Positions 16,859 through 25,773 of a stretch of DNA of 61,035 bases are shown in pieces. Source of the DNA: Candidatus Goldiibacteriota bacterium (GTDB lineage: Bacteria > Oederibacteriota > JAAXVQ01); contig JAGVPM010000123.1 in assembly GCA_020052235.1 (NCBI GenBank), forward strand, positions 1-61,035. Direction: 5' to 3'. The notes beneath the pieces were generated by a model. The model saw only the letters and a list, made by a program, of their open reading frames with translations. It was not told where the DNA came from and made no database searches. Each line of letters opens with the position of its first letter. Position 1 is the stretch's first letter. A program made the translations under genes and the position numbers.

Positions 16859-17644
16859 TCAGCGGTTGACAAACATTTTCTTAAGGCCGCTGAGCTCCGT
16901 ATGCAATTGTTCTATGGCCGCCGCGTGAATTTGGCAAATCCGCGACTCGGTTAAATGCATGATTTCCGAGATTTCTTTCAAGGTCAAATTGTCCCGGTAA
17001 TAAAGCCCCAGGATGATTTTTACCCGGTCCGGCAATTGGTCGATTTTATTGGCCAAATATTTAAATTTTTCATTTGGGCTCAATCCGTCGGCTTCCGGCA
17101 GCCAGGGCTGCAGGCTTTGCGTTGCCGGGCGGTCCGAATAGGTTATCAGCTCGTTTTCCGAATCCTCGGAACAATGGTTGGAAGCCCGCGTGGTTTCCAA
17201 TTCCGCCTGCAAATTGTAAAACCGGTCAAGGCTCAAACCCAGCTCCTCGGCCGTTTCTTCATCCGTCGGCGGCCGCAAAAACCGGTTTTGCAATTCTTCG
17301 CGCGTTTTGTTGATTTCCTTTTTTTGGCGGCGGGCGCGGGGCGACAGCCCGTCTAAGGCCCGCAATTCATCGTAAACCGCGCCGCGGACGCGTTGCTGGG
17401 CATAGGCCATGAACTCGATGTTCCTGGAAAGATCAAATTTCTCAATGGCGTCAATCAAGCCAATCACCCCGGCATGATACAAATCACTCCGGTCCAGCGC
17501 GCCGTCGCCGAAATAAATTTCCATCCGGCCGACAATCCGTTTCACAAAAGGGAGATACCGCTCGCAGAGGCGTTCATGGGCCGCGGCCGCATCTTCGCCC
17601 TGCTGCTTATAGAGCTCCAATTCTTTATATTCGTCTGCGTCCAT
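16859..17644 (-). CDS. fliA: Flagellar sigma factor sigma28 (FliA/WhiG)
   Basis: Region 2 is LYHAGVIGLIDAIEKFD and YAQQRVRGAVYDELRALD. Region 4 HTH is LTLKEISEIMHLTESRICQIHAAAIEQL. Confidence 0.9.
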   Translation of the reverse strand: MDADEYKELELYKQQGEDAAAAHERLCERYLPFVKRIVGRMEIYFGDGALDRSDLYHAGVIGLIDAIEKFDLSRNIEFMAYAQQRVRGAVYDELRALDGLSPRARRQKKEINKTREELQNRFLRPPTDEETAEELGLSLDRFYNLQAELETTRASNHCSEDSENELITYSDRPATQSLQPWLPEADGLSPNEKFKYLANKIDQLPDRVKIILGLYYRDNLTLKEISEIMHLTESRICQIHAAAIEQLHTELSGLKKMFVNR

Positions 17645-17657
17645 TCAGGCTCACCTT

Positions 17658-17930
17658 CTAAGATTTCACTGCCGGCTTTCCGGATGGAACCGGGAAATCT
17701 TTTTTCGCCGCAGGCACCAGGGTCTCCCAAGGCGACGGGGTATGCTTTAAGGTCCATTTTTCCAGCCACCAGCGAAAAATGAATCCCGTCAGTCCCGTTG
17801 CCAAAATAACCGCGCACGCGCGAACTACAATAATTTCCGGGCTGTGGCCCAACAACGCCTCCAAAACAATCGTTATTCCGCCAAATCCCAAAGCAACATT
17901 CGCCGCAAATCCCCAGACCCTTTTCATCAA
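17658..17930 (-). CDS. Small two-TM membrane protein
   Basis: 90 aa with two hydrophobic helices (FAANVALGFGGITIVLEALL, ACAVILATGLTGFIFRWWL). Its start overlaps the response-regulator stop, and it ends 13 nt before fliA. Confidence 0.5.
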   Translation of the reverse strand: MMKRVWGFAANVALGFGGITIVLEALLGHSPEIIVVRACAVILATGLTGFIFRWWLEKWTLKHTPSPWETLVPAAKKDFPVPSGKPAVKS

Positions 17931-19432
17931 TATGCTCCCTCAGCCGGAAGGCTGTTGCACCCCGCGTGATTCAACGGCGCTTCCAAGGTTGCCGGCTTGG
18001 ACGTGCCGTTGTTCCCGCTCTCCGGTTTTCCGTATCCTTCCAAGCCATACTGCTTCAATTTATTGAACAAGGTTTTATAATCAATGCCCAGCCAGCGGGC
18101 GGTTTTGATTTTGTTTCCTCCCGAGCGGTCCAGCGCCCGCAGGATCATTTCACACTCGACTTGGGCCACCACTTCCCGCGACACTTCCTTGATGGGGCGG
18201 ATCTCGTCGGCCTGGGTGCGGATTAAAAACGGGCCGGCTTTGCGGTCGCGCCGCCCGGTAAGCTCCGGGGGCAAATGATCCAACTGAATGACATCCCCGG
18301 CTAAAATAAGCCCCCGCTTGACCACGCCCTGCAATTCGCGCACATTGCCGGGCCAGGCATAGCGCACCAGGCATGCCTGGGCCTCGGGGGAAATTTCCCG
18401 GATATCCTTCTTGAATTCCGCATTGAATTTATCCAGGAAATATTTCGCCAAGGTCAAAATATCGTCCCCCCGTTCGCGCAACGGCGGAATGTAAACCGGA
18501 AATTCATTCAACCGGTAATACAAATCCTCCCGGAACGAACCCTGGGCAATGCTCTGCTTCAGATCCTGGTTGGTGGCCGTGATCAGCCGGATGTCAATGG
18601 GGGTCGGCGCTTTTCCGCCCAGCCGGTAAAGGGTGCGCTCTTGAATGACGCGCAATAATTTCATTTGAATGCCCGGCGGCATATTTCCGATTTCATCCAA
18701 AAACAGCGTCCCATGGTCGGCCATTTCCAATCGTCCCAGGTGCCGTTCATTCGCGCCGGTGAACGCGCCGCGCTCATATCCGAACAATTCGCTTTCCACC
18801 AAATTTTCGGGTATGGTGGAACAGTCGATGCTGACAAAGGGCTGCTGGGCGCGGCTGCTCTGATAATGAACCGCGCGCGCAATCAATTCTTTGCCGGTTC
18901 CGCTTTCACCCAAAACCAAAACCGAAATGCTGTGCCGGCTGGCCAATTCAATTTGCCGCGCCAATTCCTGCATGGGTTGGCAATCCCCGATGATCTGCGC
19001 GGCTTCCCGTGTTTGTTCCACCTGTTTTTTCAAGGCCGCCACTTCACTGACCAAGCTTTTGGTCTTCATGGCGTTTTTCAGGGTAATTTTCATTTCTTCG
19101 ATATTGATGGGTTTGGTTAAAAAATCATACGAACCCAGCTTCATGGCCTGGACCGCCACTTCAAAACTTTCAAATGCCGAAAGGATGATAACCATCAACT
19201 CCCGGTCAAATTCCCGCACCCGCCGCAGCACCTCCAAACCGTCCATTTCCGGCAGCCGCAAATCCAGCAAAACGAGATCAGGGTGTTCCCGCCGGATCAA
19301 CTCCAGGCCTTCGCGCCCATTGTCGGCCACCAGCGGAATATACCCTTCCTCTTCCAGCATACGCGTAATCAACCAGCAAATTTCCGGTTCATCGTCAATC
19401 GCGACTATTTTTTTGCTTTTCACTGCGTCCAT
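17927..19432 (-). CDS. Sigma54-dependent response regulator (NtrC class; FlgR/FleR/FlrC-like)
   Basis: REC domain ([22 protein letters not shown]). AAA+ domain with [23 protein letters not shown] and LFLDEIG. C-terminal Fis-type HTH ([24 protein letters not shown]). Confidence 0.9.
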   Translation of the reverse strand: MDAVKSKKIVAIDDEPEICWLITRMLEEEGYIPLVADNGREGLELIRREHPDLVLLDLRLPEMDGLEVLRRVREFDRELMVIILSAFESFEVAVQAMKLGSYDFLTKPINIEEMKITLKNAMKTKSLVSEVAALKKQVEQTREAAQIIGDCQPMQELARQIELASRHSISVLVLGESGTGKELIARAVHYQSSRAQQPFVSIDCSTIPENLVESELFGYERGAFTGANERHLGRLEMADHGTLFLDEIGNMPPGIQMKLLRVIQERTLYRLGGKAPTPIDIRLITATNQDLKQSIAQGSFREDLYYRLNEFPVYIPPLRERGDDILTLAKYFLDKFNAEFKKDIREISPEAQACLVRYAWPGNVRELQGVVKRGLILAGDVIQLDHLPPELTGRRDRKAGPFLIRTQADEIRPIKEVSREVVAQVECEMILRALDRSGGNKIKTARWLGIDYKTLFNKLKQYGLEGYGKPESGNNGTSKPATLEAPLNHAGCNSLPAEGAY

Positions 19433-19450
19433 GGGCTTCGCGGCTCCTGT

Positions 19451-19600
19451 TTAATCTTCTGCTTCATACCATTCCCGAACCGTTCTCTCCGGTTCCATCC
19501 GGGCCCCCGTCCAACTTGCATGCGCTGACAACTCCACCCATTGCCGCCCTCCAACCCAACGAACCAGCCACTGCATTATTGCCCGCCACCATTCCGTCAT
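19451..19600 (-). CDS. Candidate 49-aa Trp-rich small ORF (below the ORF-track cutoff)
   Basis: My translation is MTEWWRAIMQWLVRWVGGRQWVELSAHASWTGARMEPERTVREWYEAED. GGGGAGAGGG lies 4 nt upstream of the ATG. It fills most of the flhA to response-regulator gap. Confidence 0.25.
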   Translation of the reverse strand: MTEWWRAIMQWLVRWVGGRQWVELSAHASWTGARMEPERTVREWYEAED

Positions 19601-19633
19601 GATTCCCTCTCCCCGGCTGAAAGTACCGCGGCC

Positions 19634-21700
19634 TTATACCAAGGCCGGTATGTCAATCATGCCCAGCGATTGCACGCGGAATTGCTGGGGTATTTCGTTG
19701 TATGACAAAATCACCAATTGCGGCAGCATGCGCTCGGTCAGCCGCTTCAAATGCACCCGCACTTGCGGTGAACACACTACGACCGGATGCCTGGTTGTGG
19801 GCACCACTTTTTCCATCAAACGCTGGATTTGCCCGAAAATTCTTTGCAGCAGCGGCGGCTCCAGCCCGTAGGCAACCCCCTGCGGGGTGGACTGAACGGA
19901 TTCGGCGATCAGCCGTTCCAAACTCGGGTCCACGGTCACCACCGACAGCACGTTGCGCTCGCTCTGGAATTGCTGGCAAATGGAGGGGCCCAAAACCGCG
20001 CGCACATTTTCGGTGAGCACATCCAAGTCCTTGACGTTTCTGGCCGTATTGGCCAAAGCTTCCAAAATGCTCACCATGTCTTTAATCGGAATCCGCTCGC
20101 GCAGCAAATTTTGCAGAACCGACTGCACCTCTCCCAGTGTCAACAGGCCGGGAATCAATTCATCAATGACCGCGGGGTACATGGGGCGCAAATGATCGAT
20201 CAGGACCTGAACTTCCTGGCGCCCGAGAATTTGGTGCGCGTGATTGCGCAATATTTCCATTAAATTGGTGATCAACACCGTCGCGGCATCCACCACGGTG
20301 TGCCCCATGGCCTCGGCCCGCTCCCGCCACGTTTCGTTGATCCATAGGGCCTGCAACCCGAATGTCGGCTCAACGGTTTTGATGCCCGGGAGGTTTGCCA
20401 CCTGCCCGGATGGATTCATAACCAGGAAATGCCCGGGATACAGCTCATGCCGGGTGCTTTCCACGCCCTTCACCCGTATCGAGTAGGTGTTGGAACCCAG
20501 CTTGATATTGTCTTTCACCCGTATGGGCGGAACCACGATCCCCAATTCCACGGCCAAATTTTGCCGGACCATTTTAATCCGGTTCAGCAAGTTGCCCTTG
20601 CGCTCGGTATCCACCATGCCCAACAGCCCGTATCCCAGCTCCAATTCCACGGGGGGAACCAGCAAAAACGGCGCCACCATATCCACGGGCTCTTCCGCCT
20701 GTTTTTGCGTTTGCACTTGTGCTTCGGTTTTGGCTTTTTGCTGGCGCTGGGAAAAACGCGTGGCCATGCCGAACAGGGTCCCCATCAGCAGAAAAGGAAA
20801 CACCGGGAGTTCCGTGAACAACCCCACGCCCGCGAACAGCAGCATGGTAAAAGACGCAATTTTTAAAGCGCGCGGGCGTTCCAGAAGTTGTATGATCGAA
20901 TCAGCGCCCAGATTGGACCCGGAGGCCGCGCGGGTGATGATAATGGCCGCTGCCACGGAAATCAGCAGCGACGGAATAATAATTACCAGGCCCTCGCCGA
21001 TGGTCAGCAAGGTATAGGTCCGCAGGATTTCCTGCCAAGTCATCTGGCCCTGGAAAAATCCCACGGCAATTCCGCCGATGATGTTGATGATGATAATGAT
21101 GAATCCCGCCACCACATTGCCTTTGACAAATTTGCTGGCCCCGTCCATGGCGCCGTAAAAACTGGCTTCGGCATTGATGTCGGCGCGGCGGGCCTTGGCG
21201 TCTTCATTGGTGATCAGCCCCGCGTTTAAATCCGCGTCAATGGACATCTGCTTTCCCGGCATGGCATCCAGGGTAAACCGGGCCGTAACTTCGGAAATTC
21301 GTTCCGACCCCTTGGTAATTACCACGAATTGAACAATGGTAATGATGATGAACAGGACCAATCCGACTCCGGGGCTGCCGCCGGTCATCACTTCGCCGAA
21401 ACCCCGGATGACTTCACCGGCATTGCCCCGGGTCAAAATCAGGCGCGTGGCGGAAATATGCAGCGAGAGATCAAACAGCGTCATAATCAGCAGCAAGGAA
21501 GGAAAAACCGAAAACTCAAGGGGGCGGCCAATGTACATGGACACCAGCAGGATCACCAGCCCCAGCCCTATGTTGGCAATGACCAAAACGCTCAACAACG
21601 CCGTCGGCAGAGGGATAATCATAATGAGCAAAAGCCCCACGATCGAAAGCACGATGCCCAATTCTCCGAACCGGTTAACCTGATTTTGCGCCATGTTCAT
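19634..21700 (-). CDS. flhA: Flagellar export gate protein FlhA
   Basis: 688 aa with an N-terminal 8-TM domain, GAMDGASKFVKGN, and a cytoplasmic C-domain. Confidence 0.95.
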   Translation of the reverse strand: MNMAQNQVNRFGELGIVLSIVGLLLIMIIPLPTALLSVLVIANIGLGLVILLVSMYIGRPLEFSVFPSLLLIMTLFDLSLHISATRLILTRGNAGEVIRGFGEVMTGGSPGVGLVLFIIITIVQFVVITKGSERISEVTARFTLDAMPGKQMSIDADLNAGLITNEDAKARRADINAEASFYGAMDGASKFVKGNVVAGFIIIIINIIGGIAVGFFQGQMTWQEILRTYTLLTIGEGLVIIIPSLLISVAAAIIITRAASGSNLGADSIIQLLERPRALKIASFTMLLFAGVGLFTELPVFPFLLMGTLFGMATRFSQRQQKAKTEAQVQTQKQAEEPVDMVAPFLLVPPVELELGYGLLGMVDTERKGNLLNRIKMVRQNLAVELGIVVPPIRVKDNIKLGSNTYSIRVKGVESTRHELYPGHFLVMNPSGQVANLPGIKTVEPTFGLQALWINETWRERAEAMGHTVVDAATVLITNLMEILRNHAHQILGRQEVQVLIDHLRPMYPAVIDELIPGLLTLGEVQSVLQNLLRERIPIKDMVSILEALANTARNVKDLDVLTENVRAVLGPSICQQFQSERNVLSVVTVDPSLERLIAESVQSTPQGVAYGLEPPLLQRIFGQIQRLMEKVVPTTRHPVVVCSPQVRVHLKRLTERMLPQLVILSYNEIPQQFRVQSLGMIDIPALV

Positions 21701-22758
21701 GCACCTCTGCGCGCGCGCAGCTTATACAGCGCCGCCAATATTTCCGCCACGGCCCGGTACAGGGTGGGCGGGATTTCCTGCCCCACTTCCACCAATTTGT
21801 ACATGGCGCGCGTGACAATTTTATTTTCAATGATGGGCACGTGATGTTTGCGGGCCACGGCCACGATGCGTTTGGCCCAATAATCCTGGCCTTTGGCCAC
21901 CATTTTTGGCGCCCGCATGCGTTTGCCGTCATAGCGCAAGGCCACCGCGTAGTGCGTCGGGTTGGTGGTCACCACATCCGCCCGCGCCACTTCCGCCGCC
22001 ATGCGCGTCTGAACCAAGCGGCGATGGCGCGCCCGGCGTTTGGATTTGACTTGCGGGTCGCCTTCCGCCTGGCGGTATTCATCCCGCACTTCCTGCTTGG
22101 TCATTTTTAAATTTTGTTCATACGAGTACCGCTGCCAAAAAAAATCCCCGAGGCCCAGCAATAAGAAAAACGCACCCACTTTCCAAGCCATTTCCCAAAG
22201 CATGCTGCCTGCCACATGGATTCCCGCTTTAAGCGGGGCGTTTGAGGATTGAATCATCTCCGGCAACCGGGCCGAAAATACGCTCCAGGCAATGCTGCCT
22301 GAAATGATTACTTTAAAAAAAGCCTTGATCAGTTCCACGGTTCCATTGGAGCTGAAAATCCGTTTGAACCCGTTCAGCGGATTCAAACGCTCCACTTTGG
22401 GGGTCAGCGCCTGAGATGAGATGGCAAAACCCACCTGCAGGTAATTCACGATCAAACTGGCGCCCAATACGGCCGCCAATATGGGCGCAATCACGCTCAG
22501 GGCCGCAATTCCGGTTTGGGTTAAAATCCGCATCATCTCAGCCGGTTCGCCGGAGGTCACGGCAAACAGCGAAAACGTTTTAACGGTAATTAATTTTAAT
22601 TGCCCGCTTAAATACACGCCGAACATCCCCAGAGCGGAAATGCCGACAATTAAATTCCCGCTGCTGGACAAGTCCGCGCTGCGCGCAACTTCGCCGCGCA
22701 TCCGCGCTTCATACCGCTTTTTGGGGGTAGCGGACTCTGTCTTGCCCGGATCAGCCAT
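21697..22758 (-). CDS. flhB: Flagellar export switch protein FlhB
   Basis: Four TM helices and the autocleavage site VVTTNPTHYAVAL. It overlaps the flhA start by 4 nt. Confidence 0.95.
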   Translation of the reverse strand: MADPGKTESATPKKRYEARMRGEVARSADLSSSGNLIVGISALGMFGVYLSGQLKLITVKTFSLFAVTSGEPAEMMRILTQTGIAALSVIAPILAAVLGASLIVNYLQVGFAISSQALTPKVERLNPLNGFKRIFSSNGTVELIKAFFKVIISGSIAWSVFSARLPEMIQSSNAPLKAGIHVAGSMLWEMAWKVGAFFLLLGLGDFFWQRYSYEQNLKMTKQEVRDEYRQAEGDPQVKSKRRARHRRLVQTRMAAEVARADVVTTNPTHYAVALRYDGKRMRAPKMVAKGQDYWAKRIVAVARKHHVPIIENKIVTRAMYKLVEVGQEIPPTLYRAVAEILAALYKLRARRGA

Positions 22759-22770
22759 GACCCTCTCCTG

Positions 22771-23544
22771 TTATGGTTTAAAAATTAAAACCAACCCTTT
22801 TAACTCATACGCCCATTGGTGAAACAACCCGGTTTCATTGCTAATTATGCCCGTCAGCATCATCAGTAAGACCGCGAACCCGGCCACGATTTGCACCGGC
22901 AATCCGATCACGAACACATTGATTTGCGGCATGGTGCGCGCGATAATGCCCAGAATGATGTTCGAAATGAACAACGCCGCCATGAGCGGCAGGGATAATT
23001 TAAAGCTGACTTCAAAAATCCTGCCCAATAGTTTGAACCAGGCATGGGGCGGACCAAACGAGGTTGGGGTCATCAGGACCGGAAGCACCTGAAAACTCAA
23101 ATCCAGGGCGCTGATCAAGGCATGATGCCCGTCAATGGCCACAAAAATCAGCATGGCCAAAATGTTAAACAGATTTCCCGTGACGGTATTTTGCTCCAAA
23201 TTCAGCATTGAAAAGGTGGTGGCGGCGGAAAACATCATTTGAAAACCCACCAGCTCGCCTACGGCCTGCAATGTTGCCAGAAGCAAAAAGAGCGTTAACC
23301 CCATCAGCAAACCCACCAATGTTTCCTTAAACAACAACAAGGTGAACGCAAACCACCCCAGGGCATGCGTTCCCACCCAGGCTGCATTCCAATGAAACAA
23401 AAACGCACCCAGGCATAATGCCAGGGCCGCTTTGATCAGTGTGGGCACGGCACTGGTGCCGAGAATGGGCACCAGAATGATGAACCCCGCCACCCGCGCC
23501 ACGCCCAAAACATAAATTTGCGCCATTGAGACTGCAACGTCCAT
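22771..23544 (-). CDS. fliR: Flagellar export apparatus protein FliR
   Basis: Polytopic membrane protein in the fliPQR position. Start moved to the ATG at 23544, preceded by AAGGAG. Confidence 0.9.
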   Translation of the reverse strand: MDVAVSMAQIYVLGVARVAGFIILVPILGTSAVPTLIKAALALCLGAFLFHWNAAWVGTHALGWFAFTLLLFKETLVGLLMGLTLFLLLATLQAVGELVGFQMMFSAATTFSMLNLEQNTVTGNLFNILAMLIFVAIDGHHALISALDLSFQVLPVLMTPTSFGPPHAWFKLLGRIFEVSFKLSLPLMAALFISNIILGIIARTMPQINVFVIGLPVQIVAGFAVLLMMLTGIISNETGLFHQWAYELKGLVLIFKP

Positions 23545-23587
23545 GCCTGCTCCTTGCTGCTTCAACTGCGAATCCCCCGCGGAAACT

Positions 23588-23857
23588 TCAGTGCAGATAG
23601 TGCGGAATATTCGAAATAATTTGGTACGTATAATTAGTCAGCAGCCGTATGCTCCAGGGCCCGAAAAACAGCACGGCGGCAAACACCACCAGAATCTTGG
23701 GAATCAAGGCCAGCGTCATTTCCTGAATGGACGTGACCGCCTGAAATATGCTTACGATCAGGCCGATCACCAAGCCCAACAGCAGTGACGGGGCTGAAAG
23801 CAGCAACACCAGCCAGATGGCGTCCTTGACCAGCTTCATGACTACCATTTCATTCAT
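23588..23857 (-). CDS. fliQ: Flagellar export apparatus protein FliQ
   Basis: 89 aa, two TM helices, with SAPSLLLGLVIGLIVSIFQAVTSIQEMTL typical of FliQ. Confidence 0.95.
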   Translation of the reverse strand: MNEMVVMKLVKDAIWLVLLLSAPSLLLGLVIGLIVSIFQAVTSIQEMTLALIPKILVVFAAVLFFGPWSIRLLTNYTYQIISNIPHYLH

Positions 23858-23868
23858 GGCATTCCCCT

Positions 23869-24660
23869 TTAATGAAAGCTCCGCATCAGCGAACCAATCA
23901 GCAAATTCCAGCCATCCACCAGCACAAACAGCAGTATTTTAAACGGCAAGGAAATCATGACCGGGGGCAGCATCATCATGCCCATGGACAACAAAATGCT
24001 GGCCACCACCATGTCGATAACCAAAAACGGCAAATACAATAGGAAGCCAATGATGAATGCGGCGCGCATTTCACTGATGATGAACGCCGGGATTACCACC
24101 AGCAACGGAACATCCGCCACCGAGTGCACATTTTTTTGCCGCGCCAATTTCAAAAACAAGCTCAAATCCTTAGGGCGCGTTTGCCGCAGCATGAACTGGC
24201 GCAAGGGCTCCACGCCCTGGCGGCTCGCGTCTTCCCAGGAAATAGCCCCGCGGGTGTAGGGTTGGACGGCGCGGGCTTGGATTTGATCCCAAACCGGCAT
24301 CATGTTGAATGCCGTTAAAAACAGCGCCATGGCAATAAGCACCTGATTGGGAGGAATATGCGAAACCCCCATGGCCTGCCGCAAAAACGAGAGCACAATC
24401 AAAATTCGCGTAAACGAGGTGCATAAAATTAAAATCGAGGGCGCCAGCGATATGACCGTGAGGATTAAAAAGATTTCCAGCAGGTTGGACAATTGCTTGG
24501 GCGAGGATTGGGTGTTCATCTGAACTTGCATTCCCATGGGGCCGTTGCCCTGGCTCACGCTGAAATTTATCCCCGGTTGCGCCCAACTCCCGGCAGGAAT
24601 TGCCAACGCCAAACCGCCGAGGATTAAACCGCCCATGACGAACTTGCCTAAACCATGCAT
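23869..24660 (-). CDS. fliP: Flagellar export apparatus protein FliP
   Basis: Signal peptide, then FTRILIVLSFLRQAMG, PNQVLIAMALFLT and MMMLPPVMISLPFK. Confidence 0.95.
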   Translation of the reverse strand: MHGLGKFVMGGLILGGLALAIPAGSWAQPGINFSVSQGNGPMGMQVQMNTQSSPKQLSNLLEIFLILTVISLAPSILILCTSFTRILIVLSFLRQAMGVSHIPPNQVLIAMALFLTAFNMMPVWDQIQARAVQPYTRGAISWEDASRQGVEPLRQFMLRQTRPKDLSLFLKLARQKNVHSVADVPLLVVIPAFIISEMRAAFIIGFLLYLPFLVIDMVVASILLSMGMMMLPPVMISLPFKILLFVLVDGWNLLIGSLMRSFH

Positions 24661-24681
24661 ATCTACTCCTCATCTTTCTTT

Positions 24682-24770
24682 TTTGTCATTTCGAGGCAAA
24701 GCCGAGAAATCTTTATTGCTTTTATTTATAAAACCTTTATTAGATTTCTCTCTTCGTTCGAAATGACAAA
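24682..24770 (-). repeat. MITE-like 89-bp element, copy B, inside the fliO-fliP intergenic spacer
   Basis: Same terminal inverted repeats TTTGTCATTTCGA / TCGAAATGACAAA. Its reverse complement aligns along the full length with 13385-13471. Confidence 0.8.
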
Positions 24771-24800
24771 AAAACACCTTACGCGTTATGGCGCCGTCTC

Positions 24801-25307
24801 TTACCGCGAATGTTTGCCCGTTTTTAAAAGTGCCAGCCAAATGTCCTGAAACGTTTTGGGTGTTCCGGGCCCTTTTTTTCCTTCGGGGGTTTGCACCCCC
24901 ATGGTCATTCCCGCCAATTCGGTCAGCATTTCAGTTTTTTTATTTTTCATAATCACGGCATATATTTTTCCCTGTGTTTCCCAAAGCATAAATGTTTGTG
25001 CTGCATTGATTTGGTTAAACACCAACACCCGCCCCGCATCTCCGGCTTCCGGCACCTGCGGCCGGTGCCATTGGCGCAGGCACCATACAATCAATGCGAT
25101 CAATCCCAATACCATCAGCAACGCCAAAATCACTTGCCCCACATGCGTTTCCGGTGCCGCCGCATGGGCATTATCCAGATTGGCAGTTACACTATTGCCC
25201 CATAAAACGCCATCGCCCTCATCACCCCAAGCCTGCCAGCCCAAGCCGATAACTCCGCACAGGGCATACCCGCTGATTTTCATTCCTTGAAGCCATGCTT
25301 TAAACAT
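24801..25307 (-). CDS. fliO: FliO-like single-pass membrane protein
   Basis: Located between fliN and fliP. One TM helix (VILALLMVLGLIALIVW) followed by a beta-rich domain. Start set to the ATG at 25307 with an AAGGAGG RBS; the longer track ORF overlaps fliN. Confidence 0.7.
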   Translation of the reverse strand: MFKAWLQGMKISGYALCGVIGLGWQAWGDEGDGVLWGNSVTANLDNAHAAAPETHVGQVILALLMVLGLIALIVWCLRQWHRPQVPEAGDAGRVLVFNQINAAQTFMLWETQGKIYAVIMKNKKTEMLTELAGMTMGVQTPEGKKGPGTPKTFQDIWLALLKTGKHSR

Positions 25308-25329
25308 GCATTGCCTCCTTTTAAAAATC

Positions 25330-25773
25330 CTAAACGCTGTGCACCAATTTGGTGATCCGAATTCCAAATTTATCGCCGATGACCACCACTTCGCCCAAGG
25401 CATACAAATTATGATTGATCACCAGCCGCACGGGTTCACCCACGGTCTGTGCCAATTCCACCACGGATCCCACGCCCAAATTCAGGATTTTCTCAACGGT
25501 CAGGTTGCTGTTTCCCAATTCCACACTGGCTTCCAGGTTGACATCTTTTAAATAATCAATATTCCCCAGGGGAGCGGCAACGGCTTCTTCCTTAAGGGGG
25601 GCAAATTTTACGCGTTGAATGGCTGCTTCGGTGCTTTCTTTTTCCGCCTGCGCGTCCGCGGCTTTTTCCATTCCGTTGCCGGAGCGTTCCGGTTCCGGCC
25701 CTGCGGCGGTGGCCGTATCTTCCACGGCTGCGCTATTGGGATTCACCGTAGTTGTGATGGTTTCCATGCCCAT
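25330..25773 (-). CDS. fliN: Flagellar C-ring protein FliN
   Basis: C-terminal SpoA domain: LEASVELGNSNLTVEKILNLGVGSVVELAQTVGEPVRLVINHNLYALGEVVVIGDKFGIRI. Confidence 0.9.
   Translation of the reverse strand: MGMETITTTVNPNSAAVEDTATAAGPEPERSGNGMEKAADAQAEKESTEAAIQRVKFAPLKEEAVAAPLGNIDYLKDVNLEASVELGNSNLTVEKILNLGVGSVVELAQTVGEPVRLVINHNLYALGEVVVIGDKFGIRITKLVHSV

Noticed and set aside
19451-19600. Trp-operon-style attenuator interpretation of the MTEWWR leader
   Set aside because: Tandem Trp codons recall trpL. However, the downstream gene is a response regulator, not a Trp biosynthesis gene, and I see no terminator/antiterminator pair. It is kept only as a candidate small ORF.
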